A stretch of 64,000 nt of DNA from Patescibacteria group bacterium (GCA_023485445.1 JAMCZT010000033.1:11170-75169), one strand, 5' to 3'. Numbered from the stretch's first letter, positions 16,750 through 26,044 are shown. Numbers and translations: made by a program. The notes: generated from the letters alone by a model not told the origin.

Positions 16750-17439
16750 CTACTCTCCAAAATAACTGTTTCCAACTTCAATCACGGAGTTGACCAAATC
16801 AGCGTCAAATCCGTGCCTTAGCGACTCCATAACGATCGACAATAGAGGTCTTCGATCGTTTTGATAAGGCCGATATGAATTAGCTGCATCCAGAATATCA
16901 GCCATTATTATCGCCTGAACAGGAACAGAAGTTAACTTATAATGGAAGTAACCTTTCCCATCAGGTCTTTCGTGGTGGTAAGAAATCATACTCATTATAT
17001 GAATCAAATCTTGTTTATCTAACTTATCGCACCACTTAAGACCAAAAACCAATCTCCCAATTAAGGGGTGAAAACGAATTATCTCCCAATCTTTTTCGGT
17101 CAGCTTTTCACGCTTGTTGTAAACCTCCCCAAACTTTCCACAGTCATGATTAGCAGCAGCCAACCAAAGTTTCCAAGCGTCTTTAGGAGTTCCTCCTGCC
17201 AAAAGGAATATCCGGCATGCCAGATTTGCCACTCTCCTCCCATGAAGAATCCAGATTTTTTCAGGTTGAAGAAAACTGTTTTCAATAAGTCCGGCACCCT
17301 GAAAATCAATGCCACCAACCTTTTCCTCTCTCTTGTAAGTTACAGCCCAGCCACTTTGAAAAATCGAGTTTGGGTCTGTTAATGAAAACCTGACTGCCTC
17401 TTCCCTCCCCCCTGCTCTCGAGGGACTTCGGAGGTCCAT
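16750..17439 (-). CDS. HD-GYP-type metal-dependent phosphohydrolase domain protein
   Basis: 229 aa. ..AAANHDCGKF.. (HD) and YHHERPDGKGYF (HHExxDGxGY). AAGGAG lies upstream of ATG 17439. Confidence 0.7.
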   Translation of the reverse strand: MDLRSPSRAGGREEAVRFSLTDPNSIFQSGWAVTYKREEKVGGIDFQGAGLIENSFLQPEKIWILHGRRVANLACRIFLLAGGTPKDAWKLWLAAANHDCGKFGEVYNKREKLTEKDWEIIRFHPLIGRLVFGLKWCDKLDKQDLIHIMSMISYHHERPDGKGYFHYKLTSVPVQAIIMADILDAANSYRPYQNDRRPLLSIVMESLRHGFDADLVNSVIEVGNSYFGE

Positions 17440-17465
17440 TTTTCTTATCTCCTTTCAAGCGTAAA

Positions 17466-17498
17466 TATTATAACAATATTATAACCTATTATTATAAC
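17466..17498 (-). promoter_or_regulatory. Three phased direct repeats GTTATAATA (each containing TATAAT) upstream of the HD-GYP gene
   Basis: Plus-strand TATTATAAC at 17466-17474, 17477-17485 and 17490-17498 (spacing 11 and 13 bp), 27-59 nt upstream of the start codon. Confidence 0.5.
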
Positions 17499-17739
17499 CT
17501 TAGTCAAGCATACTAGCGTCTGTCAGCTTTGAAGAAGAAAGAAATTAAGTAACTGGGTAATGGGAAACAAAAGGAGACAAACATTTACCAGAAAAAAATT
17601 AATAAAATATTGCAAGTAATATGGAAGGTAGCGGTAAGTTAGTCACCGGGAAAGATAGCAAGTACCAAAAATGCCCGACCAAGTTAAGAAAAAGGAAATA
17701 GGACCTGAGTAATTAGTCCGGGAAAAGAAAAAGCCTCAT

Positions 17740-18381
17740 TTACTTTATTTGCGCATCGATTTTTTCCTTAAACTTTTCAAAAGACAAAACACCCACGGAT
17801 TTTTCCCCGTTAATGAAGTAAGTAGGCGTGGCTTCCACTTTGACACTCTCACCATCCTGGCGATCTCTTGATACGCGTTCTTTAAATTTTCCAGACTTCA
17901 AGGCGTCTTCAAACTTTTGGGTGTCTAACCCCAAGTCTTGGGCAAATTTTTTGAAAATGTCGTCACTCAAATTAGCTTGGTTAGCAAATATTAAATCGTG
18001 CATTTCCCAAAACTTTCCTTGTTCTCCTGCCGCTTCCGCAGCTTCGGCAGATTTTTCACCAAATTGATGCTGAGGCCAAGGGAAATGGCGGTAAACAAAT
18101 TTAATTTTATCCCCATAAGTGTCAATGATTTTTTTATTACTCTCTTCTGCTGATCCACAGGCCGGGCATTGAAAGTCGGAAAACTCAACGATCGTTACCG
18201 TTGCCTCCTTACCCCCTTTAAACCAGCTATCGTTTCGAACTAAATTTTCACTGTTTACACTGGTAGTAGTATCACTGTTGCAACCAACAAGTAAAAATCC
18301 GCCAAGAATAATCAGAAGCGGTAAATAAAGCAACCTTAAAGATTTAATATAGCCTATTATCATATATTTCGATTTTACCAC
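17740..18381 (-). CDS. DsbA-family thiol:disulfide oxidoreductase, probable lipoprotein
   Basis: 213 aa. Signal/lipobox ..GGFLLVGC-NS and thioredoxin-fold active site FSDFQCPACG. Confidence 0.8.
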   Translation of the reverse strand: MVKSKYMIIGYIKSLRLLYLPLLIILGGFLLVGCNSDTTTSVNSENLVRNDSWFKGGKEATVTIVEFSDFQCPACGSAEESNKKIIDTYGDKIKFVYRHFPWPQHQFGEKSAEAAEAAGEQGKFWEMHDLIFANQANLSDDIFKKFAQDLGLDTQKFEDALKSGKFKERVSRDRQDGESVKVEATPTYFINGEKSVGVLSFEKFKEKIDAQIK

Positions 18382-18404
18382 ACGCTTAAAGCACTTAGCA
18401 AAGC

Positions 18405-18932
18405 CTACCGTTCATATTTTGCCTCTTCTAAGGCTTCTTTAAATCCTTCCGGATCGGGCAATTTTTCAAAAGTAATCGGCTCTATTCTAGAAGAAGTGTC
18501 AAAAGTAACAGTAATATTCCCAAAATTTAAGTATCTCCCTAAAATTCCCGAGAACATAACCTCAATTCCAGTTTCCTTAACCGGTTCGAGAATAACTTCC
18601 CGAGTATGGGAAACTTTGGAGTTATCAATCTCCACCGTCACAATCTTCTTGTCCGTGATAATAAAAATATTGCGCCGCCAATCCAAGTATGCCTTATAAT
18701 CATATAAGACTACCACTATCGCGGTAATTAGAAAGGCAATTAGTAATGATACAAAGGAGATCAACCCAAACATCAAAGACATTACCCAAAGGATTAAAAA
18801 AAGGAAGGCTAGGGAAAAAGTAATCACGCCTTGAGGCCAGAGAATGATCCAATGTTGTCGCCTAAAGGTAAGCACCCTCTCTCCGTCAATCGTCAAAACA
18901 GTCGATTTCAACTTCTCCGATAGTTCTTCCAT
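18405..18932 (-). CDS. Membrane protein with bacterial PH-like (YdbS/YdbT-type) topology
   Basis: 175 aa. FRRQHWIILW, two TM helices, then IFIITDKKIVTVE. Same layout as ORF 40175..40786. Confidence 0.55.
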   Translation of the reverse strand: MEELSEKLKSTVLTIDGERVLTFRRQHWIILWPQGVITFSLAFLFLILWVMSLMFGLISFVSLLIAFLITAIVVVLYDYKAYLDWRRNIFIITDKKIVTVEIDNSKVSHTREVILEPVKETGIEVMFSGILGRYLNFGNITVTFDTSSRIEPITFEKLPDPEGFKEALEEAKYER

Positions 18933-18961
18933 TTTTTGAATAATCTAGTTATTCAATCTCC

Positions 18962-19684
18962 TTAATTTGTCGGCTTAAACCAATCAATTAATTGGGTAAT
19001 AAACTGAAAATACTGGTCGCCCACCTCAATGTCAAAGCTTAACTCGAGCCGCTCTAACCCCCAATCGGTTAAACCTCCCGACCAGTGAGATCCCAAATCT
19101 GCTCCAAAGGCCGCTACTTTTCCTAAACCGTAAGAATTAGTAACTAAAAGAGGAATAGACTCTTCGGGAATATCAAAATGGCTCCCGTTATAGACCAGTC
19201 TCCGACCAGAAAGAGGGACCTGACTCCCCGGTTTAGGAATAAAGTCGTTGTAGCCACAGATAACAGGCGGTTTAGCTAAATTCAACTGGGCAATGATCGG
19301 GTGTTCCCGTTCTTTGGTTAAAAGCAACCCTTGGTAATAACAGATACGGTCATCTTTTTTCTTAAGGGTTACCGGCAGAATTTCTTCTATCCTCGAGCCT
19401 TTGTAAAAACCATCTTTCCCCGTGAAGGAACTTTTTCCACCAGTCATGAGTAAACCAGCCCCTTCCTCCACATCATGAACAATCGACTCTATACTTTCTG
19501 AACTCAAGTTTTCTCTCGGATACCCATTAAAAAGGTACAGATCAAATTTTTCCTCCACTCTTTTTAAGGTATCTTTTGAACTTATTTGTTGGTAATCGTA
19601 ACGATTAAAATCAAAAATTCTTTTTAGGCAGGAAGATGAACTAGTGTGATCGGTTAAAAATAAAATCTTCATAATCTTTTCCAA
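18962..19684 (-). CDS. Hypothetical protein, class-I glutamine-amidotransferase-like (DUF1355/BatD-C-like) fold suspected
   Basis: 240 aa. ..EEGAGLLMTGGKSSFTG..Y.GSRIEEILPV..HPI....GYN......G.GKVAAFG.D...W pattern. Assigned from memory only. Confidence 0.4.
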   Translation of the reverse strand: MEKIMKILFLTDHTSSSSCLKRIFDFNRYDYQQISSKDTLKRVEEKFDLYLFNGYPRENLSSESIESIVHDVEEGAGLLMTGGKSSFTGKDGFYKGSRIEEILPVTLKKKDDRICYYQGLLLTKEREHPIIAQLNLAKPPVICGYNDFIPKPGSQVPLSGRRLVYNGSHFDIPEESIPLLVTNSYGLGKVAAFGADLGSHWSGGLTDWGLERLELSFDIEVGDQYFQFITQLIDWFKPTN

Positions 19685-19768
19685 TATAATAAAATGTTAT
19701 AACATTAATATCATATTATTTTAAAAAACGCAAGTCCTGTTTTTCAAAAACTATTACATTAGTGTCAC

Positions 19769-21892
19769 CTATCCCAATTCTTTTTTAGCTACTTTAATAT
19801 TCTTAGTCGACTTCAATATTTCAAATTGACTCTTGTTATCTTCTCGAAAAAACCTCACGTCAACCCTTCCCTGGCCCACCTTCAGGTTTCTCAAGGTCAA
19901 ATCAGGCAACCAGTCAGGTAAGGTGGGGTTTATGACCAGCTTTTTGTTTTCCGCGTCTGCTTCTAACCCTAAAATTGTTTGCAAAAATAAAAATATACTT
20001 CCCGCCGCCCAGGCCTGAGGGAGGTTTGCTTCCAAGTAAAGGACAGGAAAAGAAAAATTTTCCCTCTCAACCCCTGCAAAAAGCTCTGGCATCATCGAAC
20101 TTTCCAATTGATCCGACGCGGCAAAGATCCCTTCTGCAATTTTATTTGCCTCTTCCCAAAAGCCATATTTCTTAAAACCAGCGGCAATGATCGCGTTGTC
20201 ATGGGGCCAAATCGAACCCCGATGGTAAGAAACAGGGTTAAACGCAGGATTTTTATTGCTTAAAGTCCTAATCCCCCAGCCAGAGAAAAGATCTTTTCTC
20301 ATTAGCCTTCTTACTATTAAAGAGGCCCGGTCTTCGGAAATAATTTCTGACCAGAGAAGATGACCAGGATTAGAAGTAATCGAAGCGATTGCCAATTTTT
20401 TATTATTGAGACCCAAGGCGTAAAAATTTTCCTCTTCCACCCAAAACTTTTCATTGAACTCCTCCCTTAGCCGTACCGCATGGTTAATCAAACCCCCTAC
20501 CTTCTCAGGCTTTCCAAGAACTTTGTAAATTTCAGCCATTTTTAATAAAGCACTGTAGTAGTACCCTTGGATTTCACAAGTAGCAATAGGGGTATCAACC
20601 AAAATCCCACTGGGATAAACTATCGCGTCTCCAGAATCCTTCCAACCTTGATTGCGATAGCCTTGAGGAGACCTCGTTTGATATTCGATAAAACCGTCGC
20701 CGTCGAAATCTCCCCAAGTCGCCGCCCACTCCAGACACTTTTCCGCTACGGGTAAGTATTTTTCAAGAATTTTCTTCTCGCCTAAAAATTTATAGGTTTC
20801 AAATAAAGTAATCACATAAAGTAGTGAGGCATCAGCCGAACCGTAATAGGGATCAAAGGGAACTATCTTTAAGGCGGTCAACTCTCCCGCCCGAATCTCA
20901 TGGGGAATCTTCCCAGGCTCCTCGTCCCGCCAATTGTCAACTCCAGTTCCCTGTAGTTTTCCAAGTTCTTCCAAAACACCAACGGCAAAGGGCGAATAAA
21001 GAGTCAAAATTTCTAGAGAAGTAACCAAAGAATCCCGTCCAAATAGGGTCGCAAACCAAGGAACCCCCGCAGCAGGTACCCAAGGCACTCCCGCGGCGGC
21101 TAAACGGAGTGATCCTAGATCAGTAATCGCTTGGTTATAAGCGTTTTCCACGATTTTATTTGAAGAACTAATCTTGGTGACCTCTTCCTGCCAGTTTTTA
21201 AACTGTCTGTTCATCGTTTCAAATGTTTTTTCCCTTACTTCTTCACAGGGATATTGGGTCTTTGTCGAGTTTTCAAATGTGGCTTCCATGCAGGAATGCA
21301 AGGTTTCTCCCCCTTTTAGAGAAATATTAAAAGTTATCTCTCCGTTATTGTAGTGAGGCTGGTAGGTTTCATTTTGGGCATAGAAATTCAAGCGTCTTTT
21401 AAACCCGCGATTCTCGTAATTCAAAACTAATCTTTGTTCTTTTTCCTCCCAAATACTATCAACTATTCTCTTGCGGATCTTATCGCTTCTAACTTCAAAG
21501 ATATCGGCAAAATCAGCACGTACCTCCAAACTTAGCTGGATTTCTAAATCTTCACCACTATAGTTAGTTAAATCGTAGTCTTCATGCAAACCATCTCCAA
21601 CAAACCGGGAAAGCCGAAGCATAATGACATCTTCCGCTACTTCTCTCTCGAAAGTAACGATTTTCGGGTTAGTGAAGTAGTATAAAGAGGAATAGTAGTC
21701 AATCCAGCTGGAGTTTAGAAGTTTAAATTCTTTCCCATTAATCAAAAACTGATAAAATGAAATGTAGCGGGTATCTTTCTCAAAAAGTCCAGTTTGTCTT
21801 AACCGGCCAATCTTTCCGTCTTTGTCAGTAATTAAAAAATTGGTTCCGTTGTTGATGGTAATCAACTGGGGACTAACGCTAATCTTTTTCAT
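19769..21892 (-). CDS. Amylo-alpha-1,6-glucosidase / glycogen-debranching-enzyme-like protein (GDE_N + (alpha/alpha)6 GDE_C)
   Basis: 707 aa. FGRDSL, KIPHEIRAGEL, YGSADASLLYV, DGFIEY..GYRNQGWKDSGDAI, CEIQGYYY, SYHRGSIWPHDN. Confidence 0.75.
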   Translation of the reverse strand: MKKISVSPQLITINNGTNFLITDKDGKIGRLRQTGLFEKDTRYISFYQFLINGKEFKLLNSSWIDYYSSLYYFTNPKIVTFEREVAEDVIMLRLSRFVGDGLHEDYDLTNYSGEDLEIQLSLEVRADFADIFEVRSDKIRKRIVDSIWEEKEQRLVLNYENRGFKRRLNFYAQNETYQPHYNNGEITFNISLKGGETLHSCMEATFENSTKTQYPCEEVREKTFETMNRQFKNWQEEVTKISSSNKIVENAYNQAITDLGSLRLAAAGVPWVPAAGVPWFATLFGRDSLVTSLEILTLYSPFAVGVLEELGKLQGTGVDNWRDEEPGKIPHEIRAGELTALKIVPFDPYYGSADASLLYVITLFETYKFLGEKKILEKYLPVAEKCLEWAATWGDFDGDGFIEYQTRSPQGYRNQGWKDSGDAIVYPSGILVDTPIATCEIQGYYYSALLKMAEIYKVLGKPEKVGGLINHAVRLREEFNEKFWVEEENFYALGLNNKKLAIASITSNPGHLLWSEIISEDRASLIVRRLMRKDLFSGWGIRTLSNKNPAFNPVSYHRGSIWPHDNAIIAAGFKKYGFWEEANKIAEGIFAASDQLESSMMPELFAGVERENFSFPVLYLEANLPQAWAAGSIFLFLQTILGLEADAENKKLVINPTLPDWLPDLTLRNLKVGQGRVDVRFFREDNKSQFEILKSTKNIKVAKKELG

Positions 21893-21992
21893 CTAAGCGA
21901 TTTTAATTTAACAGGGACCAAAAATAGTGTAAATAAACGATCAGGGCAAGTCCTCGTTTTGTTTAGCTTAAAAGAAGTGCTAAAATATAAAT

Positions 21993-23003
21993 ATGCTGAA
22001 TAAAACTCTCCCCCATCTCCCACTAAGAAATTTAGACGGGGAAAGGCTGTTTGATTACTTTTTGATCTCAGGGATCAGTTCCATTTTAACTATTCGGCTC
22101 TTTCTTTATTTAACCGGGTATCCCCAATTAGGAAATGGGAGCTTTCACGTTGACCATATGCTTTGGGGCGGTTTTTTTATGCTGTCCGCTTTGGTCGTTT
22201 CCTTTTTTTTCTTAACTCGATCAGCTAGAGCGACCTCTGCTGTTTTAGGGGGACTTGGTTTCGGAATGTTTATTGATGAACTTGGAAAACTTGTCACCCG
22301 GGATGATAACTACCTTTATCAACCAGTCATTGCTTTAATCTACAGTATCTTTGTTCTTCTTTACTTGTTTTCAAGAATAATTGAAAAACAGAGAAAGGTA
22401 ACCCAAAAAGAATACTTAATAAACAGCCTAGAAACGATAAAAGAAGCTGTCGAGGACAAAATGAACGTTGAAGATAAAACCGAAGCTCTGCGTCTTTTGA
22501 AAAAAGCCGGATTGGGAAATCAACTCTCTCAATCCTTAGTAGAGTTAGTCAAGCAGCTGCCCGCTAAACCCGTCATTTCCACGAGTGGCCATCTAAACAA
22601 GATTGAGTCTATCGTCCAATTTTACTACCAACGTCTTTCGCAAACAGGCTGGTTTTTGCCTTCCTTTTTAGTACTTTTTTTGGTCAAGTCACTCCTCTCC
22701 TCTTCTACCTTGCTTATTTTTATTCATTCTCCTCTAACCTTTTTAGAATTTGCAGAAATTTTCTCAATCGGTCTTTCCGGTTTATTGGTTTTAATAGGCC
22801 TCTGGAAATTACCTCATTCTCACTTGGGGACCTATCGTTTTTTCAAGTACTCTATCCTAACATCTATTTTTCTTACCCAATTTTTTTCCTTCTACCGAAA
22901 CCAACTCTCAGCTTTATCAGAACTTTTCATTAATATTGTCTTCTTCTTAGCTTTAAATTTTCTGATTGACCAAGAAATCCTTTCAAGAAAAAGGGCGCCA
23001 TGA
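21993..23003 (+). CDS. Hypothetical polytopic membrane protein
   Basis: 336 aa with ~8 hydrophobic segments. TAAAAT (21981-21986) lies 6 nt before the ATG, so the mRNA is possibly leaderless. Confidence 0.6.
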   Translation: MLNKTLPHLPLRNLDGERLFDYFLISGISSILTIRLFLYLTGYPQLGNGSFHVDHMLWGGFFMLSALVVSFFFLTRSARATSAVLGGLGFGMFIDELGKLVTRDDNYLYQPVIALIYSIFVLLYLFSRIIEKQRKVTQKEYLINSLETIKEAVEDKMNVEDKTEALRLLKKAGLGNQLSQSLVELVKQLPAKPVISTSGHLNKIESIVQFYYQRLSQTGWFLPSFLVLFLVKSLLSSSTLLIFIHSPLTFLEFAEIFSIGLSGLLVLIGLWKLPHSHLGTYRFFKYSILTSIFLTQFFSFYRNQLSALSELFINIVFFLALNFLIDQEILSRKRAP

Positions 23004-23213
23004 GTATCAAAAATTTAGGTTACAGTCTGCTCTTCTGGCCCACTTGGCTAATCACCCCGTTTCTCATTTCCTTGCTCTTTCCAATCCAAAAACGTCTGAA
23101 GCCCTATTCCTTGGTAATCTCTTCATCACCCCTATCTTAGGACTCGTGTCCTACTTATTTTCCTTAAGGATTAAAGTTAAAACAGAAAGAATTGTCTTTA
23201 AAAATTGAAAAAA

Positions 23214-24251
23214 TTATGGCTTCTCTACCCGCCCTACCATAAATGCTACAGCCTCGTTCATATTAATAGGCTTAATTTCGATTTCTGGATGTCTTGATTG
23301 AAATACTCGAAATATTTCGTCGGCGAATGCCTGACCAATAGTTGGAACCTGGTCAAAGTCTAGAATTACCGATTTAAATTTGTCGAGGCCAACTAAAACT
23401 CTCCTCGCTTGTGAACGAGAAACGTATATTGTCCCCATTTGGAACAGCTTTACATGAACTTCAGTTTTATCAAACCCATACGTTTCAGGATCTGTTTGGT
23501 ACTGTTTAAACACCTCATTTAGATGTCTTTTTGAATCAAGGGATATCTCAAAAATTACCTTAGTCCCTTTCACACTCTCTATTTTTTCAACAAAAATGTC
23601 CTTTAAATTATTATCGATTCTTAATCTATAGTTATAGCTCTCCAATATAAATAGGTCACCCACTTTCGAAGTAAAGAATATACCTTCACCAGAATGTAAC
23701 TTAGGTTGAGTAGTAATCTTACCCTTCAAGATGTCTTGGATTGCCTCAAGTTCTGATTTAAGATTTATTTTTTCCATAACATTCCTAAAAACACCAATCC
23801 CGAAATCTCTTACAATAAATGATAGAATTTTACGATTGTTATCAACCTCTATCTCTATAGCCTTAGAACCTGAGTGTTCAATTGCATTATTCAACATTTC
23901 AGAAAAAGCGTAATTAAATATACTATCAATATTCTCCCTTAAAGGTCTTATAAAGGGCGCTTGTTTTTTAAGTGCATCGAGCACCTCATGCTCTTTCAAA
24001 TCTTTATTAATCAACCTTTTATGTATTCTATCCGTCAAATAAAATTCATTTTTCGGAAGAGCGTAATAAACGTATTCTCCTACACCTGATCTAATTAGCT
24101 GACCAGACTTTACCATGGAACTTAAAACCCCGCTGATGTATTGCCTTGACAACTTTTTTGGTAAAAAAGACAATACGTCTGAGGTTCTAAACTTTTTACT
24201 TTTTACTGCAATCCTTAAAATTTCTTGTTTTATATCCATAGCTGGTATCAA
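23214..24251 (-). CDS. wHTH + GHKL (RsbW/SpoIIAB-like) ATPase + C-terminal STAS-like (DUF4325-type) domain protein
   Basis: 345 aa. N-terminal wHTH. N-box FSEMLNNAIEHSGS, G1 RDFGIGV, G2 HSGEGIFF. C-terminal ..RSQARRVLVGLDKFKSVILDFDQVPTIGQAFADEIFRVF. Confidence 0.7.
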   Translation of the reverse strand: MIPAMDIKQEILRIAVKSKKFRTSDVLSFLPKKLSRQYISGVLSSMVKSGQLIRSGVGEYVYYALPKNEFYLTDRIHKRLINKDLKEHEVLDALKKQAPFIRPLRENIDSIFNYAFSEMLNNAIEHSGSKAIEIEVDNNRKILSFIVRDFGIGVFRNVMEKINLKSELEAIQDILKGKITTQPKLHSGEGIFFTSKVGDLFILESYNYRLRIDNNLKDIFVEKIESVKGTKVIFEISLDSKRHLNEVFKQYQTDPETYGFDKTEVHVKLFQMGTIYVSRSQARRVLVGLDKFKSVILDFDQVPTIGQAFADEIFRVFQSRHPEIEIKPINMNEAVAFMVGRVEKP

Positions 24252-24256
24252 CAGAT

Positions 24257-24285
24257 ATTTTACATAATGTAAATACTGCTGTCAA
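24257..24285 (-). promoter_or_regulatory. Consensus promoter of the GHKL gene with an embedded palindrome (candidate operator)
   Basis: Minus strand TTGACA (24285-24280), 17 nt, TAAAAT (24262-24257). The palindrome TTTACAT-A-ATGTAAA (24259-24273) occupies the spacer and -10. Confidence 0.65.
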
Positions 24286-24423
24286 GTATCTAAGTTTGTG
24301 GTGTCAACTGTGGTGTCGTGAGGAATAACTTTTTTACAGAAAACCTGTGTATTGGTTAATCAGTTTGAATAAAAAGCAATGGTTCTGATTGGTAGAGGAT
24401 GTTAGAACTTTTTATGAATATAG

Positions 24424-24486
24424 ATCTCCTCAACTTTGGTGACATCGCTTGACAATCTCCTCAAAAAAAGATAAAATTGAGGAGAT
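24424..24486 (+). promoter_or_regulatory. Fic promoter with three copies of a 10-mer (two direct, one inverted)
   Basis: TTGACA (24449-24454), 17 nt, TAAAAT (24472-24477), then 7 nt to ATG 24485. ATCTCCTCAA occurs at 24424-24433 and 24455-24464. Its inverted copy TTGAGGAGAT at 24477-24486 overlaps the start codon. Confidence 0.6.
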
Positions 24487-25579
24487 GGCTAATATATTAA
24501 ATCATACCTTCCCACCAAATTTATCTAATCTTTATGATCAAAAACTGGCAAACCAGCTTGCGGATACTCATGGAGCAATTGCAAGCTTGAATCAGATGTC
24601 AAGACTTTTACACAACCCAACCTTATTAATGCGCCCAATTTTGGCAAAGGAAGCTGAATCAAGCGCTCAGTTAGAGGGAACTCAGGCCTCGATGGAAGAT
24701 GCTTACCAAATAGATTTAACGGAACAAACACCAGAAAAAAGAAACGAGGCTTTAGAAATAAGAAATTATGAGGAGGCCATGCTTATAGGCGTAGAGATTA
24801 TAAGTAAAGCTGGACTAAAGCCAATCTTGGTTAGAGAAATCCACAAAAGACTCTTACAAGGGGTCCGTGGCCAGGGTAAACATCCTGGTGAATTTCGAAA
24901 GGGGGATGTTTGGATTGGCGTTCAAGGCACAACAAAGGATAAAGCAAAGTACCTTCCTCCTGATGCAACACAAGTTCCGATGTTAATGGAAGGGCTACTT
25001 AAATTTGTGAGTAATCGAGAAAACATACATCCACTACTAGCCTGTGGAATAATTCATCATCGCTTTGAGGCAATTCACCCGTTCGAAGATGGTAATGGTA
25101 GAACAGGAAGGCTTCTGATATCTCTTTATCTTATTGACCAAGGGTTGCTTTCAATACCAATCCTATACCCAAGTGGTTACTTTGAAAAAAACAAAGAAGA
25201 ATACACTAGTGCACTTTCGAAGGTTGATGAGAAAGAAGATTGGTACTCATGGCTTTTGTATTTTCTAAAGGGTATGGAAATACAAGCCAAGCTGTCTCTC
25301 AAAATTGCATTAGACATTGATTCTCTATTTAAAGAAAGTCGAAGTGTTGTTGAAAAAGAAAAGGCCAACCTTAATTTAATACGAGCTCTAGAACAAACCT
25401 TTATGCAACCACTTATCACTAGTGCTATGCTTAGCAATAAAACAAATATCCCCCGCCCCTCTTGCGACAGATATCTTCAAATTCTGGCAGAGAAAAGAGT
25501 TGTTGAGGATATGGGAATTCACAAGAGACAAAGGATTTTCGCAAATCGAAAATTATTGAATCTGCTGAAAAACATTTAA
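24485..25579 (+). CDS. Fic-family protein (AMPylase-type) with an N-terminal inhibitory-helix motif and a C-terminal wHTH
   Basis: HPFEDGNGRTGRLL matches the Fic core HPFx[D/E]GNGR. The N-terminal ..ESSAQLEGTQAS resembles the Fic_N / alpha-inh [S/T]xxxE[G/N] motif. I prefer ATG 24485 (MANILNH) because the track start at 24449 is the -35 hexamer. Confidence 0.8.
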   Translation: MANILNHTFPPNLSNLYDQKLANQLADTHGAIASLNQMSRLLHNPTLLMRPILAKEAESSAQLEGTQASMEDAYQIDLTEQTPEKRNEALEIRNYEEAMLIGVEIISKAGLKPILVREIHKRLLQGVRGQGKHPGEFRKGDVWIGVQGTTKDKAKYLPPDATQVPMLMEGLLKFVSNRENIHPLLACGIIHHRFEAIHPFEDGNGRTGRLLISLYLIDQGLLSIPILYPSGYFEKNKEEYTSALSKVDEKEDWYSWLLYFLKGMEIQAKLSLKIALDIDSLFKESRSVVEKEKANLNLIRALEQTFMQPLITSAMLSNKTNIPRPSCDRYLQILAEKRVVEDMGIHKRQRIFANRKLLNLLKNI

Positions 25580-25607
25580 TAAAATTACTTTATCTAATAC
25601 AGCTCAG

Positions 25608-25904
25608 CTAAAAATCTGCTTCAACCGTAAATCTTACCCTTGAGATACTACTTGAGGTCAATTCTTTATCTTTTCCTAGAGAAGCTTCCACTACTGAAAT
25701 TTTAACACCTGCGCTCTTGCCTGAAATTTCTGCTGTTTTAGCCTCGACAGCTAAATCAAAATCTATGAGGCCGTAATTTCCGCTTCCTTTTGTCCTTAAA
25801 GGGACGTTAGTCAGCGAAACTTTTTTGTTTAGCTCTTTCTTAGATTCAGATAATGCCTCTGATAACTCTTTAAGTGTAACCTTTACAAAATCTTTAATAT
25901 CCAT
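25608..25904 (-). CDS. Small stand-alone Trypco2-like (effector-associated, 'trypsin co-occurring domain 2') protein
   Basis: 98 aa. ..LKELSEAL.ESKKEL......IDFDLAVEAKT..SGKSAGVKISVVEASLGKDKE...SSISRVRFTV pattern, recalled from conflict-system literature. Not searchable here. Confidence 0.45.
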   Translation of the reverse strand: MDIKDFVKVTLKELSEALSESKKELNKKVSLTNVPLRTKGSGNYGLIDFDLAVEAKTAEISGKSAGVKISVVEASLGKDKELTSSSISRVRFTVEADF

Positions 25905-25969
25905 TTTTCATCCTTCCAAAACAAGGTAGAAAAATATTGATATAACAAGATATTTTTGAGGAAAAATCA

Positions 25970-26044
25970 ATGGCTCCGGCGGAGGGATTCGAACCCCCAA
26001 CCAAGGGATTAACAGTCCCCTGCTCTACCGTTGAGCTACACCGG
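25970..26044 (-). tRNA. tRNA-Asn (anticodon GUU)
   Basis: TCCGGTG TA GCTC AACGGTA GAGC A GGGGA CTGTTAA TCCCT TGGTT GGGGG TTCGAAT CCCTC CGCCGGA GCCA. Confidence 0.9.

Noticed and set aside
22966-23208. 80-aa ORF after the 336-aa membrane gene. Alternatively, a 46-codon ORF from the ATGA overlap at 23001 (MSIKNLGYSLLFWPTWLITPFLISLLFPIQKRLKPYSLV..) that would join the track ORF's C-terminus after a +1 shift
   Set aside because: Both frames look hydrophobic, so a frameshifted two-TM mini-gene is possible. There is no Shine-Dalgarno sequence, no homology anchor and no way to verify. Not reported as a feature.
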